Shown piece by piece: positions 17,503 through 28,088 of a stretch of 64,000 bases of DNA. A program made the position numbers and the translations under genes. Each line of letters begins with the position of its first letter. Positions within the stretch are counted from its first letter, which is position 1. Source of the DNA: an uncultured Candidatus Saccharibacteria bacterium (GTDB lineage Bacteria; Patescibacteriota; Saccharimonadia; Saccharimonadales; Saccharimonadaceae); contig CAYZPD010000002.1 of assembly GCA_964480675.1 (NCBI GenBank), forward strand, positions 172,538 through 236,537, in the 5' to 3' direction. The notes beneath the pieces are model-generated. The model was not told the DNA's origin. It ran no database searches and saw only the letters and a list, made by a program, of their open reading frames with translations.

Positions 17503-20139
17503 CTACTTATAGAACGGATCTTCCGACGGTGCTTGCGGTTGAACCGGAAGCTGCTGCGGAGGAGTAGACGGCGGTGTTGCTGCTGGAGTTTGAGGCTGGA
17601 CAGCTCCAGGCATAGCAGATGGTTGGTCACGAATTGGCAATATCGGTGAAGCTTCCTGTACCGGTGGCGTAGGGGCAACAGGCGGAATCGGCTGTGGTGA
17701 CTGAACTGACGAAGCAGGAACTGAAGGTAGATTCATGGTTGTCATAGGTGCTGGCGCTTGCACTGCTTCTGCGGCGCCATAATGACCAACTTGCACCTGG
17801 TTAATGCGCTTCCTGTGTAGGAAGAAAGCGACCGCTAACAGGATAGTTGCGATGACTGCGACAATCAGCACAATAATCATGATGGCCTGTAGCTGATTCA
17901 TTAATGACGTATCAAGTGGAGTACCCTGGCCGGCTGTTGCTAGCCTTTGTAGCGGCTCAGCCCAACGATTAAAGGCGTAGAGGCTACCTGACTTCGCAAA
18001 ATCACTTGCGCTCTGCGTGTAATTCGCTCGGAAGTACTGGTCAACACCACTAAACCAACTAGCTGATGCCTGGCTACCTGTCTGGAGCTGTATATTCTTG
18101 GCATCGAGCAGTTTCAGGAGCTCCGCCGAAGAACGGACGGTTCCGTTGCCAAAACAGAGCTGGTCAGGACAATACGAGAGTCCGTAAACAGCAAATCCAA
18201 CAAGCTGCCCCTTGCTATCAAGCACTGGTGCACCATCGTTACCTGGTAGTACTGGCGTGTCCGTCTGGATCAGTCGGGTACCGTCCTTCTGATATGATTG
18301 ATCAACCTTATCGGTTGTGACGACAGGCAGATTACGAATCTTGTCGATGGTCAGTGAGCTATCGCTATATGCCGGATAGCCTACAGTGTTGAGTATGTCG
18401 TTTGACTTCACATCCTCGTTAGCGGCAACAGGAATATCAGGGAAATCTCCGTCGACTTTCAGTAGTCCGACATCGGTCGATGGCGTGGCGCTACCAAATA
18501 CTTCTTGAATCGATTTACTCGCATCGTAGTTTGAGGCAACATATTTAGCACTAAGCACACTATCTGAGTAAGCAAACGATGGCTTATTAGTGTCACTACG
18601 GTTAATCACAATCGGCTTATCGGCCGGCTGAATCGCGTAGGTATATTCCTCTTTTACAGGGATGATGAAGTTATCCGGGATGACCGAGCCGATATTCTCT
18701 ACCTTGGCGAGCGCTTCCTGGTCACCTATAGACGCGCCCGTCTTCAGGTAGTCGGCATCAGACTGCAAAATGATTTTTGCCTTCAACAGGTAGTCCAGTA
18801 CTCGTTGCAAGCGTTCGAGCATCTGATCTTGCGTTGGTGCAAAGTTGATATAGCCGCTAATTGCCGCTTTCTTTTGCGATCGAATAGCGTGGCCAGTTGT
18901 CGCAACGTAGCCATCCTTTGACACAAAGGCGCCGCTTGCGACGTTGCCCGTACACGCATCGCTGAGAGTTGTAGCTGTATCGCCGCTTTCAAATTTGAGC
19001 GACAAGTCGGCGCAGTACAACATACCTATTCGCACGACACTTGGCTGAGCCTTGGCGATAGCCGTCAGGCTAGAAGCGTCTCCGTAGTACTGTGGCGTAA
19101 TAGTCAATAGTGGCGACTGGCTACTGTCCCCATTATCAGAGTTAGCCGCGTCAGTCGTTGTTGCTTGTGCAAGCCGGGCAAGCGGGAATAGGAATGATGT
19201 CTTCTTGGTGCTATCTGTCTTGGTCGTATCAGTTGGCGTAACATCTGTACTTTGCTGCGGTTGTTCAAAGGTGATCGAATCAAATACCTGCTCCACCAAG
19301 CTGGCAGCGCTCACACTACTTGGCCTTACGTCGCTAATACAGATCGAAAAAGGCTGATCATACTGGATTGTGTAATAGCAGTCGTCATACTTCACATTCG
19401 AGATGCGATGATTACTGTTCGTCGTCGTAAACCGGACTTTCTGGTACTGCACATCGCCGATGGTACTGCTCACGGGCTTGGTCGCGTTGATTGTCACAAT
19501 TGTGCCATCATCCAGCGTCTTTTTTGCGAGACGCTTGTCTGACTCGAGTTTTACGAGCAGGCTTAGTTTAGACAGATTTTTGTTCTCTGGTACAGCAGCG
19601 GCTTTTTCGATATCTTTTGCCGTTACCGTGGCGAACATCTCTAGCTCTGGTGGAATTGGTTTGAGTGCACGAGCAGTATCGACGCTCTCCAGCGGACGTA
19701 TGCGGACATAGTTGTAGGCTCGCTCAACGCGAAGTTCGTTATTTTCATACGTCTGGCCAGATAGCAGCGCAGAGCTGTTATCAGAGCCGGCCGAACTGTC
19801 TCCAACTTCTGCGTAACTACTGTAAACACGGTTGTCATAATTTAGGTGGAAACCAAGTTGCGATGCCACATTAACACGCTTTAGGGTCTGATCTGGTGGT
19901 TGCAACGCATCGGCAAGCTTTTGGCGTGCTTGCTGGTCAACCGCTGTCGTACGTGGAACCACAAAAAAGAGCCCACCCCCAACTAACACGGCTATGACAG
20001 CCGTTATTATCAAAGACCATTTAACAATCCGCCCCAGCGGAGACTGGCGCATATAAACCTTGGCTCGGATAGCCTCGGACTCCTGTGGGATATACGGGTT
20101 CTTGGCGGACTCATCCATGCTTATGCTTAAGTGTAGCAC
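17503..20139 (-). CDS. two-TM membrane protein with extracytoplasmic trypsin-fold (S1C-like) domain whose nucleophile Ser is replaced by Asp, and a Pro-rich cytoplasmic tail
   Basis: 878 aa with TMs near residue 45 and near residue 765. Motifs: ASGAFVSKDGYVATTGHAI (His), DVGLLKVDG (Asp) and IQTDTPVLPGNDGAPVLDSKGQLVGF, where the consensus is GNSGGP. The C-terminal 90 aa are Pro/Gln/Ala-rich. Alternative start ATG 20118. Confidence 0.75.
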   Translation of the reverse strand: MLHLSISMDESAKNPYIPQESEAIRAKVYMRQSPLGRIVKWSLIITAVIAVLVGGGLFFVVPRTTAVDQQARQKLADALQPPDQTLKRVNVASQLGFHLNYDNRVYSSYAEVGDSSAGSDNSSALLSGQTYENNELRVERAYNYVRIRPLESVDTARALKPIPPELEMFATVTAKDIEKAAAVPENKNLSKLSLLVKLESDKRLAKKTLDDGTIVTINATKPVSSTIGDVQYQKVRFTTTNSNHRISNVKYDDCYYTIQYDQPFSICISDVRPSSVSAASLVEQVFDSITFEQPQQSTDVTPTDTTKTDSTKKTSFLFPLARLAQATTTDAANSDNGDSSQSPLLTITPQYYGDASSLTAIAKAQPSVVRIGMLYCADLSLKFESGDTATTLSDACTGNVASGAFVSKDGYVATTGHAIRSQKKAAISGYINFAPTQDQMLERLQRVLDYLLKAKIILQSDADYLKTGASIGDQEALAKVENIGSVIPDNFIIPVKEEYTYAIQPADKPIVINRSDTNKPSFAYSDSVLSAKYVASNYDASKSIQEVFGSATPSTDVGLLKVDGDFPDIPVAANEDVKSNDILNTVGYPAYSDSSLTIDKIRNLPVVTTDKVDQSYQKDGTRLIQTDTPVLPGNDGAPVLDSKGQLVGFAVYGLSYCPDQLCFGNGTVRSSAELLKLLDAKNIQLQTGSQASASWFSGVDQYFRANYTQSASDFAKSGSLYAFNRWAEPLQRLATAGQGTPLDTSLMNQLQAIMIIVLIVAVIATILLAVAFFLHRKRINQVQVGHYGAAEAVQAPAPMTTMNLPSVPASSVQSPQPIPPVAPTPPVQEASPILPIRDQPSAMPGAVQPQTPAATPPSTPPQQLPVQPQAPSEDPFYK

Positions 20140-20155
20140 AAGAGGCCAGACACTA

Positions 20156-22126
20156 CTACATTTTGCTACGAATTTCGGCGATCAAATCACGTAGTTCTGC
20201 AGCGCGTTCAAACTCCAAATTGGCGCTTGCAAGCTCCATTTGTCCGGAAAGATCTTTGACCAGGCTGGCATACTCGTCTTTTGGAATTTTCTTGAGATCA
20301 AGTTTTGGCTTTTTATCATCTTTCATTGGTATAATCGCACGCAGACCCTCGCCGATTTCCTTGTCGACGCTTCGTGGTGTTATGCCGTGTTCTTTGTTGT
20401 ACGCTTCTTGTATACCGCGGCGGCGATTCGTTTCGTCGATAGCCGCTTGCATAGATCGGGTGACAGTATCTGCGTAGAGCAACACCGTACCGTCTACATG
20501 GCGAGCCGCACGGCCGATAGTCTGAATCAACGCACTCTCGCTACGCAAAAAGCCTTCTTTGTCGGCATCCATAATTGCTACCATACTGACTTCGGGTAAG
20601 TCCAGCCCTTCACGTAGCAAGTTGATACCCACTAGCACGTCGTACACGCCCAGGCGCAGATCGCGCAATATGTCACCGCGCTCCAACGTATCAACATCGC
20701 TGTGAATATAGGCAGTCTTGATGTCTAAATCAATCAAATACTGGCTCAGGTCTTCAGCCATGCGCTTCGTCAATGTGGTCACAAGCACACGCTGACCCTT
20801 AGCAGTTCGTTCACGGATTTCGGCAATCAGGTCGTCGATCTGACCCTTGGTCGGTTTCATGACTATCTGCGGGTCAAGTAGTCCTGTTGGTCGGATAATC
20901 TGCTGAGCAGGCTCCGGACTATGTGTAAGCTCATACTCACCTGGCGTTGCTGACACATAAATTGTTTGGTTAATGTGTCGCTCAAACTCATCAAAACGGA
21001 GTGGTCGGTTATCCAGAGCAGACGGTAAACGGAACCCATACTCAACCAACACTTCCTTGCGTGCCCGGTCACCGTTGAACATACCGCGAACCTGCGGCAA
21101 GCTCTGGTGACTTTCATCGACAAGCAACAGCCAGTCGTCAGGAAAGTAATCGAGAAGAGTTGCTGGCTGCTCGCCGGGTTCGCGATTAGTCAGATAACGG
21201 CTATAGTTTTCAATTCCCTTCACAAAACCAGTTTGTTCAAGCATTTCCAGGTCATACTTTGTCCGCTGCGCCAAACGTTGCGCTTCCAGGTGTTTGTCAT
21301 GCTCCTCAAACCATTTGAGCCGTCCGTCGAATTCCTTCTGGATGCCTTCTATGGCATGCGCCAGCTTTTCCTTTGGCGTGACATAGTGGCTACTCGGGAA
21401 AATATTTAGTTCGTTTGGTTCACCCAGAATTTCACCTGTGAGCGGATCAATGCGCGTCATACGATCAACCTGATCACCAAAGAATTCTATACGATATGCC
21501 ACATCACTACCTGCAGGAAATACATCCACCACATCGCCCTTCACGCGGAACGTACCACGATGAAAATCGATGTCGTTGCGCTGATATTGAATGTCAGTCA
21601 AAAGACGAATAAATTTATCTTGCTGACGACGCTCGCCAACTATCACATGAATTGACATATCTGCGTAGTCGTCGGGGTTACCAATGCCGTAAATACAGCT
21701 GACACTTGCAACAATGATCACATCACGACGCGTCAGCAGCGCTGTCGTTGCCGCATGGCGCAACCGATCAATCTCGTCGTTGATCTTGCTGTCTTTTTCG
21801 ATATAAGTGTCGCTGGAAGATATGTAGGCTTCTGGTTGATAGTAGTCAAAGTAGCTGACAAAATAGTGCACTTCGTTATCTGGGAAAAAGGCCTTGAATT
21901 CACTATAGAGCTGGGCGGCGAGCGTCTTGTTGTGAGCCAGTACCAGTGTCGGCACCTGCCTGTCTTGAATAATATTGGCCATCGTAAAGGTCTTACCGCT
22001 ACCGGTCACACCAAGCAGTGTCTGCTCACGATCACCCTTTTTCAAACCTTCGACAAGCTGAGCAATAGCCGCCGGTTGATCTCCCGTCGGTTGATAACTT
22101 GTCTCAAGTCGAAATGCATCTGCCAT
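20156..22126 (-). CDS. uvrB: excinuclease ABC subunit B
   Basis: 656 aa with GVTGSGKT Walker A, a DESH box, the beta-hairpin region and a C-terminal UVR motif ([12 protein letters not shown]). Confidence 0.96.
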   Translation of the reverse strand: MADAFRLETSYQPTGDQPAAIAQLVEGLKKGDREQTLLGVTGSGKTFTMANIIQDRQVPTLVLAHNKTLAAQLYSEFKAFFPDNEVHYFVSYFDYYQPEAYISSSDTYIEKDSKINDEIDRLRHAATTALLTRRDVIIVASVSCIYGIGNPDDYADMSIHVIVGERRQQDKFIRLLTDIQYQRNDIDFHRGTFRVKGDVVDVFPAGSDVAYRIEFFGDQVDRMTRIDPLTGEILGEPNELNIFPSSHYVTPKEKLAHAIEGIQKEFDGRLKWFEEHDKHLEAQRLAQRTKYDLEMLEQTGFVKGIENYSRYLTNREPGEQPATLLDYFPDDWLLLVDESHQSLPQVRGMFNGDRARKEVLVEYGFRLPSALDNRPLRFDEFERHINQTIYVSATPGEYELTHSPEPAQQIIRPTGLLDPQIVMKPTKGQIDDLIAEIRERTAKGQRVLVTTLTKRMAEDLSQYLIDLDIKTAYIHSDVDTLERGDILRDLRLGVYDVLVGINLLREGLDLPEVSMVAIMDADKEGFLRSESALIQTIGRAARHVDGTVLLYADTVTRSMQAAIDETNRRRGIQEAYNKEHGITPRSVDKEIGEGLRAIIPMKDDKKPKLDLKKIPKDEYASLVKDLSGQMELASANLEFERAAELRDLIAEIRSKM

Positions 22127-22157
22127 AACCTATCTATTATACACGAGAGGACGAAAC

Positions 22158-22925
22158 TTACTCGTAGTGAGCGCTCTGCAGAATAGTATACGCAGCAAGA
22201 GCATCGGCTGATCCAAGCGCTTTTGTCGCCTCTGCTTCCGACGCATATGTCGTATCATCTTTGCCCGTATAGTACTTAAATGCAACGGAGCCGGCAGTGT
22301 CTGAGCCTTCTGCCTTTGCATTCTTACCATTCAGAACACCAAGTCCCAGGGCGCAAGAATCAACCTTGCCAATAGTCTCTGCAGCTTTTGAGTTATTCAG
22401 CTCCATATCCATCGTCCACCGCTTTGTCGTGCCGTTATACATCACCCAGCCTACTGCATAGGCAGTATCGACGAAGTATGCTTTCGTTGCCTCACTCACC
22501 AAATACGTACCAGCTATTTTGGTGGTATAGGTTTTGAGAATCTTGCTATACGAACCGTCACTACTGTCACAAGTACCACCTAGGCCGCCCATGCCCGTTT
22601 CGAGGCGCAACCATGCTTCTCCTGCCTTATTGCTCACGATGATTCTTTCCGCCAAACCATCGGTTTGGTTATCTACTTTCTGAGCGGTTACTTTCCAATC
22701 CAGCGGATAGTTTAAGCAGAGTTTTTCAATCTCGGTACAGTACGCTTTCGTTGACGGAGACGGAGCTGGCGATGAGGTTGCCTTGCCTATGCCATCTGTC
22801 GTGGTGGCATCTGATGGTTTATTGATAATATTCTGCCAAAATAATATGCCAAGTGCGCCAATTAGTCCGATAACGAGCACCGCGACTATAACGACATGCG
22901 CACTTCCTGATTCATGCTTTTCCAT
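22158..22925 (-). CDS. membrane-anchored or secreted hypothetical protein
   Basis: The track ORF extends to 23033. The ATG at 22925 (MEKHESGSAHVVIVAVLVIGLIGALGILFW) is preferred because it has a GGGGG SD-like run upstream and is followed at once by a signal anchor. No known domain. Confidence 0.6.
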   Translation of the reverse strand: MEKHESGSAHVVIVAVLVIGLIGALGILFWQNIINKPSDATTTDGIGKATSSPAPSPSTKAYCTEIEKLCLNYPLDWKVTAQKVDNQTDGLAERIIVSNKAGEAWLRLETGMGGLGGTCDSSDGSYSKILKTYTTKIAGTYLVSEATKAYFVDTAYAVGWVMYNGTTKRWTMDMELNNSKAAETIGKVDSCALGLGVLNGKNAKAEGSDTAGSVAFKYYTGKDDTTYASEAEATKALGSADALAAYTILQSAHYE

Positions 22926-23038
22926 AGAGCCCCCTATCTGTTGTATGGCTTTATAATACCATAAACGGATTCTCATAGGCGTACAGAGGTGAGATACGGA
23001 TAAGTCGTACTGTACATATTTACTTTTTAGCATAAACG

Positions 23039-23047
23039 TGTTATAAT
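23039..23047 (+). promoter_or_regulatory. extended -10 box TGtTATAAT, 6 nt upstream of the ATG at 23054
   Basis: Sequence reads cgTGtTATAAT-gaatat-ATG with no SD. Confidence 0.45.
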
Positions 23048-23053
23048 GAATAT

Positions 23054-23407
23054 ATGAGTAACCACGAGCGTTATATCGAATACAATAGTGATCAACTACT
23101 CGGCTACATTGAGTTCTTGCTCATTAGTACCGCAAATCGAATACATGACCACAATGAAGATCCCGAAAAGATGTTTTTCGGTGGTATCGAAGAAGATAAA
23201 TTAACCGGCGCAGAACGTGCGCTACCAAGCTCGAATGACGTTGCCCTCGCTGCAGCTGCCGTCGATGCGCTGAGTTATGCCGATGATCCGTTTAACGATG
23301 CAGCTCAACTTTCCGGCGAAGTCCCCGATATCACTAGTGAGGATTATCGTGGTCAACAGTCTGACGACTTTACGAGTGAAGGTTACAGCGGCGAAGACAA
23401 TTCTTAA
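23054..23407 (+). CDS. hypothetical acidic protein (117 aa)
   Basis: Clean ORF with a leaderless-type promoter. The C-terminus is Asp/Glu/Ser-rich. No known domain. Confidence 0.5.
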   Translation: MSNHERYIEYNSDQLLGYIEFLLISTANRIHDHNEDPEKMFFGGIEEDKLTGAERALPSSNDVALAAAAVDALSYADDPFNDAAQLSGEVPDITSEDYRGQQSDDFTSEGYSGEDNS

Positions 23408-24016
23408 TTAGCCGTTTTTGCTGTAGCGATTTGCTACTTGCTTGTCGGTGCCGTCGTCCACAAACCCGGCTGACTTTGCTTCAAGCGCTTCAACAATCTT
23501 ATCAACCAAGCGATCCGGATCTGTATCATATATGACTTCGTCGGCACCTGGTGCTTCGATATTACGAAGAAGCGTTGGCACGTAATCAGCCAAACCGCCG
23601 CTACCCAGCAGTACACCACATACTTTGCGGCTCTCAAGAGCTGTTGAAAGTTCATGGAGACTTCCCATGCGCCCGCCGACGGTGATGACAGCATCGCTAC
23701 TGCGTACAAGATACACATCGCGACCGACATACTCCATGCCGGTGAAATTAAGGTAGTCGAACTCTTTGGTGGGAAGCTTATAAACGTTCACATGTTCACG
23801 AAATGAGCTAGCAGGACTAAAGCCAACCGACACCCCTCGAGAATCTTCAACACTCATAAATCCCATAGCAGCATAGTGTGGCAAACCAACGGTCGCGCCA
23901 GTCAGGAGCGTCTTACCTTTTTTTGCAACCGCTTTGCCTAAGTCGTAGGCTAGTTGGTGCGATGCCGTTACCGTGTCACCGCTTGCTGCACCAGAGATGC
24001 AGATCTGATATTTCAT
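23408..24016 (-). CDS. LOG/TIGR00725-type Rossmann-fold protein (putative nucleotide N-glycosidase family)
   Basis: 202 aa. ICISGAASG ... LLTGATVG ... ITVGGRMGSLHE follows the LOG-family PGGxGTxxE-like pattern. The start overlaps the upstream PfkB gene stop by 4 nt. Confidence 0.6.
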   Translation of the reverse strand: MKYQICISGAASGDTVTASHQLAYDLGKAVAKKGKTLLTGATVGLPHYAAMGFMSVEDSRGVSVGFSPASSFREHVNVYKLPTKEFDYLNFTGMEYVGRDVYLVRSSDAVITVGGRMGSLHELSTALESRKVCGVLLGSGGLADYVPTLLRNIEAPGADEVIYDTDPDRLVDKIVEALEAKSAGFVDDGTDKQVANRYSKNG

Positions 24017-25518
24017 GCATTGACCTCGGTGAGCTTGTAGTTATCTGGAGCCTTTTCCAGGTATTCGCCTAGTTTTTGGCGCGACAACAGGCCAGCCTGT
24101 GCACCCATTTGTTGCACAACACTCATACTGTTGATCGGTGCCCAAGTCAGTGCAGTATCCATTGATTCACCAAGTGCGAGCGCTCCGACGATTGTCGAGG
24201 CAAACGCATCACCCGCGCCAGTACGATCAAGCGGTGGAGCTGGATCTGGATAGTTTGGAATAGTGACTAGTTTCCAGTCATATGACGCATACGAACCACT
24301 TGGACCATCGGTGATAACAACAATCTGAGGGCCGAGTTCGTGGAGGCCATTTGCAAGTTCGCGCAGCGGATCATGTGCCAGACCGGTTACATCCATCGCT
24401 TCTTCGCGATTCATGATAGTCATGTGACTACGCTTGTAAATGTCCGCCAACTTCTCCTTGCCCCACTTGTAGTGATACGTACCTGGCTGGAAAACCAGCT
24501 TTACCTTAGGATGTTCATCCAAATAGCCAAGCAACTGTTCGTGGAAAGGCCATGAGTTTTCACCGATATAGGAAAGATATATCCAGTCGGGCTCTTTTTC
24601 AGGTGCCTTCCACTCGTATTTATAATCTTCGCTTTTCACAAGCATCGTACGGTCAGAACCATAACGTAGCACATACCAGTAGCTCGATTTCATACCTGGC
24701 TCGGTGATCATACTAGAGGTTTTGACACCCTCCTGGGAAAGGTGCTCTAACGACTCTTTACCGGCCTGATCATCGCCAAGCCATGCCATCAGGCCAACAT
24801 CAACACCCATACGAGCTAGCGAGACAGCAACATTCGGTGACGGACCAACGGACTTCACAATGTCGACACGGTCGTACGACGGCTTTGCGCCAAACGGCAG
24901 GGAAAGCCGTTGATTGCCCTCTTCGTCAGTATCAATACGTGCAGAATCTTCACTCAGTTGAATAAATGCATCGGTAAATACATCGCCTATCGCGAGCACA
25001 CTCTGTGTTTTTTGTGCTAACGACCCATGGACACTATAGTGTCCTTCGTCAGATTCCAGTTTCACGCCTATCTCCTCTGCTAATTTATGTACTAATTCAT
25101 TATCAGACCTGTCATGCTCGGCATAGCGACGAATGATTTCCCGACGCAAATGGCGCTGAGCACTGCCTACAATCCTGTCTTCAAAACCAAGCTGATGGTG
25201 CGCGTTCTCTATGACATCCTGCAAATTGAACGAAACCAGATTATCGTCGAAAAACAGCAGCACATAGTCGGAGTCTCGCAGTTGATTGCGAGCTGCATCG
25301 CTACCGACAAGATTGTTCAGCGCACGATATGCTTCAAGTCCTGTTGTATTAGCCGGATCAAGTCCGAGGCTGCGCAAAACATGATGGCCACTTGCGATGA
25401 TATCGCCGAGTAGCTTGGCATCGATACCGTCGTCACCGACAGCTCGTTCCAGCGCCGCAAGATTTGCGACAAACAGCGGATGATCATTGCCCAGAAGTTG
25501 TTTTAGTTGATGCCCCAT
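24013..25518 (-). CDS. PfkB-family carbohydrate/nucleoside kinase with ~170-aa N-terminal extension of unknown function
   Basis: 501 aa. The C-terminal ~320 aa have the ribokinase fold, with the DRTGAGDAFAS anion-hole motif. The N-terminal ~170 aa match nothing I recognise. Confidence 0.8.
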   Translation of the reverse strand: MGHQLKQLLGNDHPLFVANLAALERAVGDDGIDAKLLGDIIASGHHVLRSLGLDPANTTGLEAYRALNNLVGSDAARNQLRDSDYVLLFFDDNLVSFNLQDVIENAHHQLGFEDRIVGSAQRHLRREIIRRYAEHDRSDNELVHKLAEEIGVKLESDEGHYSVHGSLAQKTQSVLAIGDVFTDAFIQLSEDSARIDTDEEGNQRLSLPFGAKPSYDRVDIVKSVGPSPNVAVSLARMGVDVGLMAWLGDDQAGKESLEHLSQEGVKTSSMITEPGMKSSYWYVLRYGSDRTMLVKSEDYKYEWKAPEKEPDWIYLSYIGENSWPFHEQLLGYLDEHPKVKLVFQPGTYHYKWGKEKLADIYKRSHMTIMNREEAMDVTGLAHDPLRELANGLHELGPQIVVITDGPSGSYASYDWKLVTIPNYPDPAPPLDRTGAGDAFASTIVGALALGESMDTALTWAPINSMSVVQQMGAQAGLLSRQKLGEYLEKAPDNYKLTEVNA

Positions 25519-25540
25519 ATGTCTCCAAATTATATCATGC

Positions 25541-26524
25541 TTACGGTTTTAATTTCTGTTCATGAAGTGGCATATGATGGAGATGAACGTCTCCTCGCAA
25601 AATACCTGCCTTAGCGCCAACATAACGCACAACTGAAGTTGAATTGGCACTTGCGAATACGATACTGTCAGCAAGTGATTTCCCCTGTACCCACTGGCTC
25701 AGGAAGCCGCTGGCAAACGCATCGCCCGCACCAGTTCTATCGAGGACTTTGACATCTTCATACATACCAGCCTTGACGATCGTCTTGCCATCACTCGCCA
25801 CGACGCCGTTTGGCCCATCGCTGACTATGACAACCGGCACAAGATTTAAACCATGGTGAACAAGCTCTTCCATCGTTTCTCCGTGGACGAGTTTTTGCAT
25901 TTCTTCCTTATTTACACAGAGAATCTCAACACTCTCCAACAGTGCCTTCAATTTTTCCGGCTCAGCAAGCTCCGGACCTGCGGGATTCAGCATGACCTTC
26001 GTGTCGTGCTTCTCGGCATGGTCGACAATTTTCCTGAGTAGTTCGATACCACCGTTTGCGAGTGATGTCGGATATACCCAGTCAAATTTTCCGATAGCAT
26101 CCAGATTCAGGTCAACACCGCGGGAGTTCGTCGACACACCCCTATGGTTCAATATAGTACGCTCACCATTCGTCGCAATGAGGATCGTTGAATAACCCGC
26201 TTGATAATGTTCGCGCTGCACCACATGGGATGTATTGATACCCTCGTTGTCCAGCTCACGCAGAATCGTCTCCGATGCAGGGTCATGTCCAAGTGTCCAC
26301 ATATACGATACATCGAGCCCTTGGCGAGCCAGCGTCACCGCCACATTGCCGGCATTGCCACCCGTACTAAAGGTCACATCTTCGACTTCCATTTTGAGAC
26401 CGAGCGGTAGGTGCGTATACACCATCTTGCCCTCTTTATGCGGGTCAAATTCTTCGCTCTTTAGGAAGACATCTTGAACCGTTTTGCCTATTGTCAGGAT
26501 TTTTGTATGCCCACTCATAATCAT
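25541..26524 (-). CDS. PfkB-family carbohydrate kinase
   Basis: 327 aa with GGNAGNVAV and DRTGAGDAFASGF motifs. Confidence 0.85.
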   Translation of the reverse strand: MIMSGHTKILTIGKTVQDVFLKSEEFDPHKEGKMVYTHLPLGLKMEVEDVTFSTGGNAGNVAVTLARQGLDVSYMWTLGHDPASETILRELDNEGINTSHVVQREHYQAGYSTILIATNGERTILNHRGVSTNSRGVDLNLDAIGKFDWVYPTSLANGGIELLRKIVDHAEKHDTKVMLNPAGPELAEPEKLKALLESVEILCVNKEEMQKLVHGETMEELVHHGLNLVPVVIVSDGPNGVVASDGKTIVKAGMYEDVKVLDRTGAGDAFASGFLSQWVQGKSLADSIVFASANSTSVVRYVGAKAGILRGDVHLHHMPLHEQKLKP

Positions 26525-26545
26525 TAGCAGTATAGCACATCTCTA

Positions 26546-26574
26546 TTGCGTTTTTGCAATGACCAGTCTAGGAT
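26546..26574 (+). promoter_or_regulatory. promoter-like TTGCGT-17-TAGGAT, 6 nt upstream of the ATG at 26581
   Basis: Hexamers at 26546-26551 and 26569-26574. No SD before the ATG. Confidence 0.35.
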
Positions 26575-26580
26575 GACTAC

Positions 26581-27156
26581 ATGTTCGATGCACATCATTT
26601 GGAAGGTGAAGCGGGTATTGCCCGATACCCTGAGAGTCATTATCAACTGGCCGGCTGGGCAGTGACCCTTCGTGTGATGAACGAGATGGTGCATGAAGTT
26701 GACTTCAATAGCGCTGCAGAATCCGATCACCCAAGGGAGATTTTCTTCCGACTATGTCGTGCAGCTACTCATAATTACGGCCGGTTTATTTCACTTACTG
26801 AACACTCGTGCGCTGCCGGCAGTCCACTATACAGCAGCACTCATGCTGCAGGCCTAACCATTACAAAGCAGCCGGAATCAAAAACCATAATCAATCCTCT
26901 CGTCAAACGTACTGCTGACGTTTTTGCCGATCGAGGCACAGTACTAGACTGCGCAATCCTGGGTCGACTCGAGGGAGAAATCAAACTTGTTACAGATTTC
27001 TACAGATCAAACAAACAGGAAATTGGCTTATTCCAGGCAGCTAAAAAGGCAGCTAACTACATCGAACTGCCTAACCGTATCAAGAAAATACATACCGACG
27101 CGTCATTCTACATCGGTCTTTACGAACGACAGCGTGAAGAAGGCTGGGAAAACTAG
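26581..27156 (+). CDS. hypothetical protein (191 aa)
   Basis: This is the only plus-strand ORF inside the sugar-phosphate cluster. It converges on the fba stop, 8 nt away. No recognisable motif. Confidence 0.45.
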   Translation: MFDAHHLEGEAGIARYPESHYQLAGWAVTLRVMNEMVHEVDFNSAAESDHPREIFFRLCRAATHNYGRFISLTEHSCAAGSPLYSSTHAAGLTITKQPESKTIINPLVKRTADVFADRGTVLDCAILGRLEGEIKLVTDFYRSNKQEIGLFQAAKKAANYIELPNRIKKIHTDASFYIGLYERQREEGWEN

Positions 27157-27163
27157 TCAGAAA

Positions 27164-28075
27164 TTATACGACAGCTTTACCAGCACTGCCGAAAGCTTCG
27201 ATTTTTGACTCAACAACGGCTTGTACCGCCTGATAGACTTCGGGCATTAGCTTGACGATCGCATACTCATCGGGGTTTTCTTTGAGGACTTCCTCGAGGG
27301 TTTTACGGAAAACATAGCGCATGTCACTGTTGATATTCACCTTACTCACGCCAATCTTGGCAGCATCTTCGAAGTAGTGAAGCGGTGTACCTGATCCACC
27401 GTGCAGGCTGATCTGGCAATCGATCGAATCGCGAATTTCCTGCAACAGTTCAAGGTCGAGCTTCTTTGGCACAGGATACTTGCCATGCAAGTTACCTACA
27501 GCAGCTGCAAAAGTATCAATACCCGTTGATTCCACAAAGAATTTTGAACTTTCCGGAGTGCTGAAGGTCTTTTTGATTGCTTCATAATCAATTTTTTCAG
27601 TGTGCACGTTGGATGAACCACCAAAGTAGTGCGGCTCACTTTCTACGAGCGCGCCAGTGAATTTGGCATAGGCGACAACCTCTTTGGTTTTGTCGATGAT
27701 TTCCTGCAAGCTGGCATCGTGATTTTGCTGAGAGATGTCGATATGAATAAACTCAAAACCAGCGTCGATAGCACGCTTACAATCCTCGACAGTCGGGCTG
27801 TGGTCAAGATTGATGTACATTTCGATGCCAAATTCGTTTTTGTAGTTGTCAACCATGTCACGGATATTCTCGAGACCGAGCGCCTTGACCTCGCCATGAC
27901 TGACTTCAACCAGTACAGGCGCTTTGAGCTTTTGCGCGGCACGCGAGACGGCAATTAACGTTTCCTGATTGTCGATATTAAATGCACCAACAGCGAAATG
28001 CTGGCGACGCGTACGCTGGTAGAGATGCCGCGCCCGCATTGTGTTTGCCCTGATTTGTGGAATAGTTAAACTCAT
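27164..28075 (-). CDS. fba: class II fructose-bisphosphate aldolase
   Basis: 303 aa. NLDHS, LHGGSGTP and a TIM-barrel class II aldolase pattern. Confidence 0.9.
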   Translation of the reverse strand: MSLTIPQIRANTMRARHLYQRTRRQHFAVGAFNIDNQETLIAVSRAAQKLKAPVLVEVSHGEVKALGLENIRDMVDNYKNEFGIEMYINLDHSPTVEDCKRAIDAGFEFIHIDISQQNHDASLQEIIDKTKEVVAYAKFTGALVESEPHYFGGSSNVHTEKIDYEAIKKTFSTPESSKFFVESTGIDTFAAAVGNLHGKYPVPKKLDLELLQEIRDSIDCQISLHGGSGTPLHYFEDAAKIGVSKVNINSDMRYVFRKTLEEVLKENPDEYAIVKLMPEVYQAVQAVVESKIEAFGSAGKAVV

Positions 28076-28088
28076 TTGCCCGCCCCTT

